A stretch of 64,000 nt of DNA, taken from Eledone cirrhosa (taxonomy: Eukaryota). Shown piece by piece: positions 1-17,638 of this stretch. Where the stretch lies: positions 76,446,001-76,510,000 of the forward strand of contig OZ024743.1 in assembly GCA_964016885.1 (NCBI GenBank), written 5' to 3'. Position 1 is the stretch's first letter, and each line of letters begins with the position of its first letter. The notes beneath the pieces are model-generated. The model searched no databases and was not told the DNA's origin. It saw only the letters and a list, made by a program, of their open reading frames with translations. Made by a program: the position numbers and the translations under genes.

Positions 1-3000
1 TAATACATATTGAGAGCCCAACACAATCTATATATATTATTCCATATTGAGACCTCAACCTACCCTATATATTTTATTACATATTGAGACCCCTACCTAC
101 CCTATATATTTTATTACATGTTGAGACCTCAACCTACCCTATATATTATATTACATATTGAGACCCCTACCTACCCTATATATTTTATTACATGTTGAGA
201 CCCCTGCCTACCCTATATATTTTATAACATATTGAGACCCCAACCTACACTATATATTTTATTACATATTGAGACCTCAACCTACCCTATATATTTTATT
301 ACATATTGAGACTACTACCCTACCTACCCTATATATTTTATAACATATAGAGACTCCCTACCTAACCTATATATTTTATTACATATTGAGACCCCAACCT
401 ACCCTATATATTTTATTACATATTGAGACCCCAACCTACCCTATATATTTTATTACATATTGAGACCCCAACCTACCCTATATATTTTATTACATATTCA
501 GTCCCCAACATACACTATATATTTTATTACATATTGAGACCCAACCTACCCTATATATTTTATTACAAATTGAGACCTCAAACTACCCCATATATTTTAT
601 AACATATTGAGACTCCTGCCTACCCCGTATATTTTATTACATATTGAGACGCCTACATAACCTATATATTTTATAACATATTGAGACCCCCCTACCTACA
701 CTATATATTTTATTACATATTCAGACCTCAAACTACCCTATATATTTTATTACATATTGAGACCTCAGCCTACCCCATATATTTTATTACATATTGAGAC
801 CTCAACCTACCCTATATATTTTATTACAAATTGAGACCTCAAACTACCCTATATATTTTATAACATATTGAGACTCCTGCCTAGCCTATATATTTTATTA
901 CATATTGAGACCTCAGCCTACCCCATATATTTTATTACATATTGAGACCTCAACCTACAATATATATTTTATTACATATTGAGACCTCAGCCTACCCTAT
1001 ATATTTTATTACATATTGAGACCTCAACCTACCCTATATATTTTATTACATATTGAGACCTCAACCTGCCCTATATATTTTATTATATATTGAGACATCA
1101 ACCTACCCTATATATTTTATTACATATTGAGACCTCAGCCTACCCTATATATTTTATTACATATTGAGACCTCAACCTACCCTATATATTTTATTACATA
1201 TTGATACCTCAACCTATCCTATAAAATTTATTACTTATTGAGAACAACTACCTACCATATATATTCTATAACATATTGAAACCCCCTATCTACTCTATAC
1301 ATTTTATTACATATTGAGACATGCACCTACCCTATATATTTTATTACATATTTTGACCCCAACCTACCCTATATATTTTATAACATATCGAGTCCCCCTA
1401 CCTACCCTATATATTTTATTACATATTGAGACCTCAACCTACCATATATATTTTATTACATATTGAGACGTCAACCCACACCATATATTTTATTACATAT
1501 TGAGTCCCCAAGATACCCTATATATTTTATTACATATTGAGACACCAACCGACCCTATATATTTTATTACATATTGAGTCCTCAACATACACTATATATT
1601 TTATTACATATTGAGACCCCAACCTACCCTATATATTTTATTACATATTGAGACCCCAACCTACCCTATATATTTAATTACATATTGAGACGTCAACCTA
1701 CCCTATATATTTTATTACATATTGAGACACCATCCCATTCTATATATTTTATTACATATTTAGACCTCAACCTACCCTATATATTTTATTACATATTGAG
1801 AGCCCAACCCATTCTATATATTGTATTACATATTGAGACCCAACCCATTCTACTTATTTTATTACATATTGAGACCCCTACCTACTCTATATATTGTATT
1901 ACATATTGAGACTTCAACCTCCCCTATATATTTTATTACATATTGAGACCTCAACGTAACCTATGTATTTTATTACATATTGAGACCCAAGTCAACCCTA
2001 TATATTTTATTACATGTTGAGAACCCAAGCTAACCTATATATTTTATAACATATTGAGACCCCCACCTACACTCTATATTTTATTACATATTGAGACCCC
2101 TGCCTACACTAGATATTTCATTACATATTGAGACGTCACCCTTCCTTATATAATTTATTACATATTGAGACGTTTAACCTACCCTATATATTTTATTACA
2201 TGTTGAGAACCCAACCTATCCTATATATTTTATAACATATTGAGACCCCCACCTACACTCTATATTTTATTACATATTGAGACCCCTGCCTACACTGTAT
2301 ATTATATTACATATTGAGACTTCAACATCCCCTATATATTTTATTACATATTGAGACCTCAACATCACCTATATATTTTATTACATATTGAGACCCCTAC
2401 CCTATATATTTTATTACATATTGAGTCCCCAACATACCCTATATATTTTATTACATATTGAGTCCCAACATACACTATATATTTTATTACATATTGGGTC
2501 CCCAACATACACTATATATTTTATTACATATTGAGACCCCAACCTACCCTATATATTTTGTTACATATTGAGTCCCCAACATACACTATATATTTTATTA
2601 CATATTGAGTCCCCAACATACACTCTATATTTTATTACATATTGAGACCCCAACCTACCCTATATATTTTATTACATATTGAGTCCCCAACATACACTAT
2701 ATATTTTATTACATATTGGGTCCACAACCTACCCTATATATTTTATTACATATTGAGTCCCCAACCTACCCTATATATTTTATTACATATTGAGTCCCCA
2801 ACATACACTATATATTTTATTACATATTGGGACCCCAACATACACTATATATTTTATTACATATTGAGACCCCAACCTACCCTATATATTTAATTACATA
2901 TTGAGTCCCCAACATACACTATATATTTTATTACATATTGAGTCCCCAACATACACTCTATATTTTATTACATATTGAGACCCCAACCTACCCTATATAT

Positions 3001-6000
3001 TTTATTACATATTGAGTCCCCAACATACACTATATATTTTATTACATATTGGGTCCACAACATACACTATATATTTTATTACATATTGAGTCCCCAACAT
3101 ACACTATATATTTTATTACATATTGAGTCCCCAACATACACTATATATTTTATTACATATTGAGTCCTCAACCTACCCTATATATTTTATTACATATTGA
3201 GTCCCCAACATACACTATATATTTTATTACATATTGAGACACCAACCTACCCTATATATTTTATTACATATTGAGTCCCCAACATACACTATATATTTTA
3301 TTACATATTGAGACCCCAACCTACCCTATATATTTTATTACATATTGAGTCCCCAACATACACTATATATTTTATTACATATTGGGTCCACAACATACAC
3401 TATATATTTTATTACATATTGAGTCCCCAACATACACTATATATTTTATTACATATTGGGTCCACAACATACACTATATATTTTATTACATATTGAGACC
3501 CCAACCTACCCTATATATTTTATTACATATTGAGACCTCAACCTACCCTATATATTTTATTACATATTGAGACCCCAACCTACCCTATATATTTTATTAC
3601 ATATTGAGACCTCAACCCACCCTATATAGTTTATTACATATTAAGACCTCAACCCACCCTATATATTTTATTACATATTGAGACCTCAGCATACACTCTA
3701 TATTTTATTACATATTGAGACCCCAACCTACCCTATATATTTTATTACATATTGAGTCCCCAACATACACTATATATTTTATTACATATTGGGTCCACCA
3801 CATACACTATATATTTTATTACATATTGAGTCCCCAACATACACTATATATTTTATTACATATTGGGTCCACAACATACACTCTATATTTTATTACATAT
3901 TGAGACCCCAACCTACCCTATATATTTTATTACATATTGAGTCCCCAACATACACTATATATTTTATTACATATTGAGACACCAACCTACACTATATATT
4001 TTATTACATATTGAGACCTCAACCTACCCTATATATTTTATAACATATTGAGACCCCCCCTACCTACACTATATATTTTATTACATATTCAGACCTCAAC
4101 CTACGCTATATATTTTATTACATATTGAGACCTCAACCTACCCTATATATTTTATTACATATTGCGACCTCAACCTACCCTATATATTTTATCACATATT
4201 GAAACCGCCCTACCTACGCTATATATTTTATTACATATTGAGACATGTACCTACCCTATATATTTTATTACATATTGAGACCTCAACCTACAATATATAT
4301 TTTATTACATATTGAGAACTCAGCCTACCCTATATATTTTATTACATATTTAGATTCCTACCTACCCTATATATTTTATCACATATTGAAACCGCCCTAC
4401 CTACCCTATATATTATATTACATTTTGAGACCTCAACCTACCCTATATATTTTATTACATATTGAGACCTCAACCTACAATATATATTTTATTACATATT
4501 GAGAACTCAGCCTACCCTATATATTTTATTACATATTGAGACCTCAACCTACCCTATATATTTTATTACATATTGATACCTCAACCTAACCTATATATTT
4601 TATTACATATTGAGACCCCTACATACCATATATTTTATTACATATTCATACCTCAACCTATCCTATAAAATTTATTACATATTGAGAACAACTACCTACC
4701 CTATATATTCTATAAGATATTGAAACCCCCCTATCTACTCTATATATTTCATTACATATTGAGACATGCACCTACCCTATATATTTTATTACATATTTAG
4801 ACCCCAACCCATTCTATATATTTTATTACATATTGAAATCCGAACATATTCTATATATTTTAATACATATTGAGAGCCCAACACAATCTATATATATTAT
4901 TCCATATTGAGAACTCAACCTACCCTATATATTTTATTACATATTGAGACCTCAACCTACCCTATATATTATATTACATATTGAGACCTCAGCCTACCCC
5001 ATATATTTTATTACATATTGAGACCTCAACCTACAATATATATTTTATTACATATTGAGACCTCAGCCTACCCTATATATTTTATTACATATTGAGACCT
5101 CAACCTACCCTATATATTTTATTACATATTGAGACCTCAACCTGCCCTATATATTTTATTATATATTGAGACCTCAACCTACCCTATATATTTTATTACA
5201 TATTGAGACCTCAGCCTACCCTATATATTTTATTACATATTGAGACCTCAACCTACCCTATATATTTTATTACATATTGATACCTCAACCTATCCTATAA
5301 AATTTATTACTTATTGAGAACAACTACCTACCATATATATTCTATAACATATTGAAACCCCCTATCTACTCTATACATTTTATTACATATTGAGACATGC
5401 ACCTACCCTATATATTTTATTACATATTTTGACCCCAACCTACCCTATATATTTTATAACATATCGAGTCCCCCTACCTACCCTATATATTTTATTACAT
5501 ATTGAGACCTCAACCTACCATATATATTTTATTACATATTGAGACGTCAACCCACACCATATATTTTATTACATATTGAGTCCCCAAGATACCCTATATA
5601 TTTTATTACATATTGAGACACCAACCGACCCTATATATTTTATTACATATTGAGTCCTCAACATACACTATATATTTTATTACATATTGAGACCCCAACC
5701 TACCCTATATATTTTATTACATATTGAGACCCCAACCTACCCTATATATTTAATTACATATTGAGACGTCAACCTACCCTATATATTTTATTACATATTG
5801 AGACACCATCCCATTCTATATATTTTATTACATATTTAGACCTCAACCTACCCTATATATTTTATTACATATTGAGAGCCCAACCCATTCTATATATTGT
5901 ATTACATATTGAGACCCAACCCATTCTACTTATTTTATTACATATTGAGACCCCTACCTACTCTATATATTGTATTACATATTGAGACTTCAACCTCCCC

Positions 6001-9000
6001 TATATATTTTATTACATATTGAGACCTCAACGTACCCTATGTATTTTATTACATATTGAGACCCAAGTCAACCCTATATATTTTATTACATGTTGAGAAC
6101 CCAAGCTAACCTATATATTTTATAACATATTGAGACCCCCACCTACACTCTATATTTTATTACATATTGAGACCCCTGCCTACACTAGATATTTCATTAC
6201 ATATTGAGACGTCACCCTTCCTTATATAATTTATTACATATTGAGACGTTTAACCTACCCTATATATTTTATTACATGTTGAGAACCCAACCTATCCTAT
6301 ATATTTTATAACATATTGAGACCCCCACCTACACTCTATATTTTATTACATATTGAGACCCCTGCCTACACTGTATATTATATTACATATTGAGACTTCA
6401 ACATCCCCTATATATTTTATTACATATTGAGACCTCAACATCACCTATATATTTTATTACATATTGAGACCCCTACCCTATATATTTTATTACATATTGA
6501 GTCCCCAACATACCCTATATATTTTATTACATATTGAGTCCCAACATACACTATATATTTTATTACATATTGGGTCCCCAACATACACTATATATTTTAT
6601 TACATATTGAGACCCCAACCTACCCTATATATTTTGTTACATATTGAGTCCCCAACATACACTATATATTTTATTACATATTGAGTCCCCAACATACACT
6701 CTATATTTTATTACATATTGAGACCCCAACCTACCCTATATATTTTATTACATATTGAGTCCCCAACATACACTATATATTTTATTACATATTGGGTCCA
6801 CAACCTACCCTATATATTTTATTACATATTGAGTCCCCAACCTACCCTATATATTTTATTACATATTGAGTCCCCAACATACACTATATATTTTATTACA
6901 TATTGGGACCCCAACATACACTATATATTTTATTACATATTGAGACCCCAACCTACCCTATATATTTAATTACATATTGAGTCCCCAACATACACTATAT
7001 ATTTTATTACATATTGAGTCCCCAACATACACTCTATATTTTATTACATATTGAGACCCCAACCTACCCTATATATTTTATTACATATTGAGTCCCCAAC
7101 ATACACTATATATTTTATTACATATTGGGTCCACAACATACACTATATATTTTATTACATATTGAGTCCCCAACATACACTATATATTTTATTACATATT
7201 GAGTCCCCAACATACACTATATATTTTATTACATATTGAGACCTCAACCTACCCTATATATTTTATTACATATTGAGTCCCCAACATACACTATATATTT
7301 TATTACATATTGAGACACCAACCTACCCTATATATTTTATTACATATTGAGTCCCCAACATACACTATATATTTTATTACATATTGAGACCACAACCTAC
7401 CCTATATATTTTATTACATATTGAGTCCCCAACATACACTATATATTTTATTACATATTGAGACCCCAACCTACCCTATATATTTTATTACATATTGAGT
7501 CCCCAACATACACTATATATTTTATTACATATTGGGTCCACAACATACACTATATATTTTATTACATATTGAGTCCCCAACATACACTATATATTTTATT
7601 ACATATTGGGTCCACAACATACACTATATATTTTATTACATATTGAGACCCCAACCTACCCTATATATTTTATTACATATTGAGACCTCAACCTACCCTA
7701 TATATTTTATTACATATTGAGACCCCAACCTACCCTATATATTTTATTACATATTGAGACCTCAACCCACCCTATATATTTTATTACATATTAAGACCTC
7801 AACCCACCCTATATATTTTATTACATATTGAGACCTCAGCATACACTCTATATTTTATTACATATTGAGACCCCAACCTACCCTATATATTTTATTACAT
7901 ATTGAGTCCCCAACATACACTATATATTTTATTACATATTGGGTCCACCACATACACTATATATTTTATTACATATTGAGTCCCCAACATACACTATATA
8001 TTTTATTACATATTGGGTCCACAACATACACTCTATATTTTATTACATATTGAGACCCCAACCTACCCTATATATTTTATTACATATTGAGTCCCCAACA
8101 TACACTATATATTTTATTACATATTGAGACACCAACCTACACTATATATTTTATTACATATTGAGACCTCAACCTACCCTATATATTTTATAACATATTG
8201 AGACCCCCCCCCTACCTACACTATATATTTTATTACATATTCAGACCTCAACCTACGCTATATATTTTATTACATATTGAGACCTCAACCTACCCTATAT
8301 ATTTTATTACATATTGAGACCTCAACCTACCCTATATATTTTATCACATATTGAAACCGCCCTACCTACGCTATATATTTTATTACATATTGAGACATGT
8401 ACCTACCCTATATATTTTATTACATATTGAGACCTCAACCTACAATATATATTTTATTACATATTGAGAACTCAGCCTACCCTATATATTTTATTACATA
8501 TTTAGATTCCTACCTACCCTATATATTTTATCACATATTGAAACCGCCCTACCTACCCTATATATTATATTACATTTTGAGACCTCAACCTACCCTATAT
8601 ATTTTATTACATATTGAGACCTCAACCTACAATATATATTTTATTACATATTGAGAACTCAGCCTACCCTATATATTTTATTACATATTGAGACCTCAAC
8701 CTACCCTATATATTTTATTACATATTGATACCTCAACCTAACCTATATATTTTATTACATATTGAGACCCCTACATACCATATATTTTATTACATATTCA
8801 TACCTCAACCTATCCTATAAAATTTATTACATATTGAGAACAACTACCTACCCTATATATTCTATAAGATATTGAAACCCCCCTATCTACTCTATATATT
8901 TCATTACATATTGAGACATGCACCTACCCTATATATTTTATTACATATTTAGACCCCAACCCATTCTATATATTTTATTACATATTGAAATCCGAACATA

Positions 9001-12000
9001 TTCTATATATTTTAATACATATTGAGAGCCCAACACAATCTATATATATTATTCCATATTGAGAACTCAACCTACCCTATATATTTTATTACATATTGAG
9101 ACCTCAACCTACCCTATATATTATATTACATATTGAGACCTCAGCCTACCCCATATATTTTATTACATATTGAGACCTCAACCTACAATATATATTTTAT
9201 TACATATTGAGACCTCAGCCTACCCTATATATTTTATTACATATTGAGACCTCAACCTACCCTATATATTTTATTACATATTGAGACCTCAACCTGCCCT
9301 ATATATTTTATTATATATTGAGACCTCAACCTACCCTATATATTTTATTACATATTGAGACCTCAGCCTACCCTATATATTTTATTACATATTGAGACCT
9401 CAACCTACCCTATATATTTTATTACATATTGATACCTCAACCTATCCTATAAAATTTATTACTTATTGAGAACAACTACCTACCATATATATTCTATAAC
9501 ATATTGAAACCCCCTATCTACTCTATACATTTTATTACATATTGAGACATGCACCTACCCTATATATTTTATTACATATTTTGACCCCAACCTACCCTAT
9601 ATATTTTATAACATATCGAGTCCCCCTACCTACCCTATATATTTTATTACATATTGAGACCTCAACCTACCATATATATTTTATTACATATTGAGACGTC
9701 AACCCACACCATATATTTTATTACATATTGAGTCCCCAAGATACCCTATATATTTTATTACATATTGAGACACCAACCGACCCTATATATTTTATTACAT
9801 ATTGAGTCCTCAACATACACTATATATTTTATTACATATTGAGACCCCAACCTACCCTATATATTTTATTACATATTGAGACCCCAACCTACCCTATATA
9901 TTTAATTACATATTGAGACGTCAACCTACCCTATATATTTTATTACATATTGAGACACCATCCCATTCTATATATTTTATTACATATTTAGACCTCAACC
10001 TACCCTATATATTTTATTACATATTGAGAGCCCAACCCATTCTATATATTGTATTACATATTGAGACCCAACCCATTCTACTTATTTTATTACATATTGA
10101 GACCCCTACCTACTCTATATATTGTATTACATATTGAGACTTCAACCTCCCCTATATATTTTATTACATATTGAGACCTCAACGTACCCTATGTATTTTA
10201 TTACATATTGAGACCCAAGTCAACCCTATATATTTTATTACATGTTGAGAACCCAAGCTAACCTATATATTTTATAACATATTGAGACCCCCACCTACAC
10301 TCTATATTTTATTACATATTGAGACCCCTGCCTACACTAGATATTTCATTACATATTGAGACGTCACCCTTCCTTATATAATTTATTACATATTGAGACG
10401 TTTAACCTACCCTATATATTTTATTACATGTTGAGAACCCAACCTATCCTATATATTTTATAACATATTGAGACCCCCACCTACACTCTATATTTTATTA
10501 CATATTGAGACCCCTGCCTACACTGTATATTATATTACATATTGAGACTTCAACATCCCCTATATATTTTATTACATATTGAGACCTCAACATCACCTAT
10601 ATATTTTATTACATATTGAGACCCCTACCCTATATATTTTATTACATATTGAGTCCCCAACATACCCTATATATTTTATTACATATTGAGTCCCAACATA
10701 CACTATATATTTTATTACATATTGGGTCCCCAACATACACTATATATTTTATTACATATTGAGACCCCAACCTACCCTATATATTTTGTTACATATTGAG
10801 TCCCCAACATACACTATATATTTTATTACATATTGAGTCCCCAACATACACTCTATATTTTATTACATATTGAGACCCCAACCTACCCTATATATTTTAT
10901 TACATATTGAGTCCCCAACATACACTATATATTTTATTACATATTGGGTCCACAACCTACCCTATATATTTTATTACATATTGAGTCCCCAACCTACCCT
11001 ATATATTTTATTACATATTGAGTCCCCAACATACACTATATATTTTATTACATATTGGGACCCCAACATACACTATATATTTTATTACATATTGAGACCC
11101 CAACCTACCCTATATATTTAATTACATATTGAGTCCCCAACATACACTATATATTTTATTACATATTGAGTCCCCAACATACACTCTATATTTTATTACA
11201 TATTGAGACCCCAACCTACCCTATATATTTTATTACATATTGAGTCCCCAACATACACTATATATTTTATTACATATTGGGTCCACAACATACACTATAT
11301 ATTTTATTACATATTGAGTCCCCAACATACACTATATATTTTATTACATATTGAGTCCCCAACATACACTATATATTTTATTACATATTGAGACCTCAAC
11401 CTACCCTATATATTTTATTACATATTGAGTCCCCAACATACACTATATATTTTATTACATATTGAGACACCAACCTACCCTATATATTTTATTACATATT
11501 GAGTCCCCAACATACACTATATATTTTATTACATATTGAGACCACAACCTACCCTATATATTTTATTACATATTGAGTCCCCAACATACACTATATATTT
11601 TATTACATATTGAGACCCCAACCTACCCTATATATTTTATTACATATTGAGTCCCCAACATACACTATATATTTTATTACATATTGGGTCCACAACATAC
11701 ACTATATATTTTATTACATATTGAGTCCCCAACATACACTATATATTTTATTACATATTGGGTCCACAACATACACTATATATTTTATTACATATTGAGA
11801 CCCCAACCTACCCTATATATTTTATTACATATTGAGACCTCAACCTACCCTATATATTTTATTACATATTGAGACCCCAACCTACCCTATATATTTTATT
11901 ACATATTGAGACCTCAACCCACCCTATATATTTTATTACATATTAAGACCTCAACCCACCCTATATATTTTATTACATATTGAGACCTCAGCATACACTC

Positions 12001-15000
12001 TATATTTTATTACATATTGAGACCCCAACCTACCCTATATATTTTATTACATATTGAGTCCCCAACATACACTATATATTTTATTACATATTGGGTCCAC
12101 CACATACACTATATATTTTATTACATATTGAGTCCCCAACATACACTATATATTTTATTACATATTGGGTCCACAACATACACTCTATATTTTATTACAT
12201 ATTGAGACCCCAACCTACCCTATATATTTTATTACATATTGAGTCCCCAACATACACTATATATTTTATTACATATTGAGACACCAACCTACACTATATA
12301 TTTTATTACATATTGAGACCTCAACCTACCCTATATATTTTATAACATATTGAGACCCCCCCCTACCTACACTATATATTTTATTACATATTCAGACCTC
12401 AACCTACGCTATATATTTTATTACATATTGAGACCTCAACCTACCCTATATATTTTATTACATATTGAGACCTCAACCTACCCTATATATTTTATCACAT
12501 ATTGAAACCGCCCTACCTACGCTATATATTTTATTACATATTGAGACATGTACCTACCCTATATATTTTATTACATATTGAGACCTCAACCTACAATATA
12601 TATTTTATTACATATTGAGAACTCAGCCTACCCTATATATTTTATTACATATTTAGATTCCTACCTACCCTATATATTTTATCACATATTGAAACCGCCC
12701 TACCTACCCTATATATTATATTACATTTTGAGACCTCAACCTACCCTATATATTTTATTACATATTGAGACCTCAACCTACAATATATATTTTATTACAT
12801 ATTGAGAACTCAGCCTACCCTATATATTTTATTACATATTGAGACCTCAACCTACCCTATATATTTTATTACATATTGATACCTCAACCTAACCTATATA
12901 TTTTATTACATATTGAGACCCCTACATACCATATATTTTATTACATATTCATACCTCAACCTATCCTATAAAATTTATTACATATTGAGAACAACTACCT
13001 ACCCTATATATTCTATAAGATATTGAAACCCCCCTATCTACTCTATATATTTCATTACATATTGAGACATGCACCTACCCTATATATTTTATTACATATT
13101 TAGACCCCAACCCATTCTATATATTTTATTACATATTGAAATCCGAACATATTCTATATATTTTAATACATATTGAGAGCCCAACACAATCTATATATAT
13201 TATTCCATATTGAGAACTCAACCTACCCTATATATTTTATTACATATTGAGACCTCAACCTACCCTATATATTATATTACATATTGAGACCTCTACCTAC
13301 CCTATATATTTTATTACATATTGAGACCCCTACCTACCCTATATATTTTATTACATATTGAGACCTCAACCTACCCTATATATTTTATTACATATTGAGA
13401 CCCCTACCTACCCTATATATTTTATTACATATTGAGACCTCAACCTACCCTATATATTTTATTACATATTGAGACGTCAACCTACCCCATATATTTTATT
13501 ACATATTGAGTCCCCAACATACCCTTTATATTTTATTACATATTGAGTTCCCAACCTACCCTATATATTTTATTACATATTGAGTTCCCAACCTACCCTA
13601 TATATTTTATTACATATTCAGACACCAACCTACCCTATATATTTTATTACATATTCAGACACCAACCTACCCTATATATTTTATTACATATTGAGACCCC
13701 AACCTACCCTATATATTTTATTACATATTGAGACACCATCCCATTCTATATATTTTATTACATATTGAGACCTCAACCTACCCTATATATTGTATAACAT
13801 ATTGAGACCCCAATCTACCCTATATATTTCATAAAATATTTAGACACCAACCCATTCTATATATTGTATTACATATTGAGACCCAACCCATTCTACTTAT
13901 TTTATTACATATTGAGACCCCTACCTACTCTATATATTGTATTACATATTGAGACTTCAACCTCCACTATATATTTTATTACATATTGAGACCTCAACGT
14001 ACCCTATGTATTTTATTACATATTGAGACCCCAACCTACCCTATATATTTTATTACATATTGAAACCCCCAACCTACCCTATATATTTTATTACATATTG
14101 AGACCCCAACCTACCCTATATATTTTATTACATATTGATACCCTATATATTTTATTACATATTGAAACCCCCAACCTACCCTATATATTTTATTACATAT
14201 TGAGACGTCAACCTACCCCATATATTTTATTACATATTGAGTCCCCAACATACCCTTTATATTTTATTACATATTGAGTTCCCAACCTACCCTATATATT
14301 TTATTACATATTGAGTTCCCAACCTACCCTATATATTTTATTACATATTCAGACACCAACCTACCCTATATATTTTATTACATATTGAGTTCCCAACCTA
14401 CCCTATATATTTTATTACATATTCAGACACCAACCTACCCTATATATTTTATTACATATTGAGACCCCAACCTACCCTATATATTTTATTACATATTGAG
14501 ACACCATCCCATTCTATATATTTTATTACATATTGAGACCTCAACCTACCCTATATATTGTATAACATATTGAGACCCCAACCTACCCTATATATTTCAT
14601 AAAATATTTAGACACCAACCCATTCTATATATTGTATTACATATTGAGACCCAACCCATTCTACTTATTTTATTACATATTGAGGCCCCTACCTACTCTA
14701 TATATTGTATTACATATTGAGACTTCAACCTCCACTATATATTTTATTACATATTGAGACCTCAACGTACCCTATGTATTTTATTACATATTGAGACCCC
14801 AACCTACCCTATATATTTTATTACATATTGAGACCCCAACCTACCCTATATATTTTATTACATATTGAAACCCCCAACCTACCCTATATATTTTATTACA
14901 TATTGAGACCCCAACCTACACTATATATTTTATTACATATTGAGACCCCAACCTACCCTATATATTTTATTACATATTGAGACCCCAACCTACCCTATAT

Positions 15001-17638
15001 ATTTTATTACATATTGAAACCCCCAACCTACCCTATATATTTTATTACATATTGAGACCCCAACCTACCCTATATATTTTATTACATATTGAGACCCCTG
15101 CCTACCCTATATATTTTATTACATATTGAGACCTCAACCTACCCTATATATTTTATTACATATTGAGACCTCAGCATACACTATATATTTTATTACATAT
15201 TGAGACGCCAACCTACCCTATATATTTTATTACATATTGAGACCCCAACCTACCCTATATATTTTATTACATATTGAGACGTCAACCTACCCCATATATT
15301 TTATTACATATTGAGACGCCAACCTACCCTATATATTTTATTACATATTGAGACCCCAACCTACCCTATATATTTTATTACATATTGAGACGTCAACCTA
15401 CCCCATATATTTTATTACATATTGAGACCTCAACCTACCCTATATATTTTATTACATATTGAGACCCCAACCTACCCTATATATTTTATTACATATTGCG
15501 AGCACAACCTACTCTATATATTTTATTACATATTGAGACGCCAACCTACCCTATATATGTTATTACATATTGTGTCCCCAACCTACACTATATATTTAAT
15601 TACATATTGAGACGTCAACCTACACTATATATTTCATAAAATATTTAGACCCCAACCCATTCTATATATTGTATTACATATTGAGACCCAACCCATTCTA
15701 CTTATTTTATTACATATTGAGACCCCTACCTACTCTATATATTGTATTACATTTTGAGACTTCAACCTCCCCTATATATTTTATTACATATTGAGACCTC
15801 AACGTACCCTATGTATTTTATTACATATTGAAACCCATGCCAACCCTATATATTTTATTACATGTTGAGAACCCAACCTAACCTATATATTTTATAACAT
15901 GTTGAGACCCCCACCTACACTCTATATTTTATTACATATTGAGACCCCTGCCTACACTATATATTTCATTACATATTGAGACCTCACCCTTCCTTATATA
16001 ATTTATTACATATTGAGACGTTTAACCTACCCTATATATTTTATTACATATTGAGACACTTTCCCATTCTATATATTTTATTACATATTGTCACTCCAAC
16101 CTACCCTATATATTTTATTACATATTGGGTCCCCAACCTACCCTATATATTTTATTACATATTGAGACCCCAACCTACCCTATATATTTTATTACATATT
16201 GAGACCTCAACCTACCCTATATATTTTATTACATTTTGAGACCTCAACCTACTCTATATATTTTATTACGTATTGAGACCTCAACCTACCCTATATATTT
16301 TATTACATATTGAGACCTCAACCTACCCTGTATATTTTATTACATATTGAGACCCCAACCCATTCTATATATTTTATTACATATTGAGACCTCAACCTAC
16401 CCTATATATTTTATTACATATTGAGACCTCAACCTACCCTATATATTTTATTACATATTGAGACCCCAACCTACCCTATATATTTTATTACATATTGAGA
16501 CCACGACCTACCCTATATATTTTATTACATATTGAGACCACGACCTACCCTATATATTTTATTACATATTGAGACCCCAACCTACCCTATATATTTGATT
16601 ACATATTAAGACCTCAACCTACCCTATATATTTTATTACATATTGAGACCTCAACCTACCCTATATATTTTATTACATATTAAGACCTCAACCTACCCTA
16701 TATATTTGATTACATATTGAGACATCAACCCACCCTATATATTTTATTACATATTGAGACCCCAACCTACCCTATATATTTTATTACATATTAAGACCTT
16801 GCCTACGCTATATATTTTATTACATATTAAGACCTCAACCTACCCTATCTATTTTATTACATATTAAGACCTTAACCTACCCTATATATTTTATTACATA
16901 TTGAGACCTCAACCTACCCTATATATTTTATTACATATTAAGACCTCAACCTACCCTATATATTTGATTACATATTGAGACCTCAACCCACCCTATATAT
17001 TTTATTACATATTGAGACCCCAAACTACCCTATATATTTTCTTACATATTGAGACCCCAACCTACCCTATATATTTTATTACATATTGAGACCTCAACCT
17101 ACCCTATATATTTTATTACATATTGAGACCTCAACCTACCCTATATATTTTATTACATATTGAGACCCCAACCTACCCTATATATTTTATTACATATTGA
17201 GACCACGACCTACCCTATATATTTTATTACATATTGAGACCACGACCTACCCTATATATTTTATTACATATTGAGACCCCAACCTACCCTATATATTTTA
17301 TTACATATTGAGACCTCAACCTACCCTATATATTTTATTACATATTGAGACCTCAACCTACCCTATATATTTTATTACATATTGAGACCCCAAACTACCC
17401 TATATTTTTTATTACATATTGAGACCTCAACCTACACTATATATTTTATTACATATTGAGACCCAAAACTACCCTATATATTTTATTACATATTGAGACC
17501 CTACCTACCCTATATATTTTATTACATATTGAGACCCTACCTACCCTATATATTTTATTACATATTGAGACCTCAACCAACACTATATATTTTATTACAT
17601 ATTGAGACACCAAACTACCCTATATATTTTATTATATA
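1..17638. repeat. 37-bp satellite DNA array (consensus ACATATTGAGACCTCAACCTACCCTATATATTTTATT), left part, with ~4.15-kb higher-order repeats
   Basis: Continuous tandem 37-bp monomers with a conserved AT-rich part and a variable C-rich core. Identical ORF-track strings recur at 1685/5761/9913 and 4245/8397/12548. The array runs off the window start. Confidence 0.98.
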
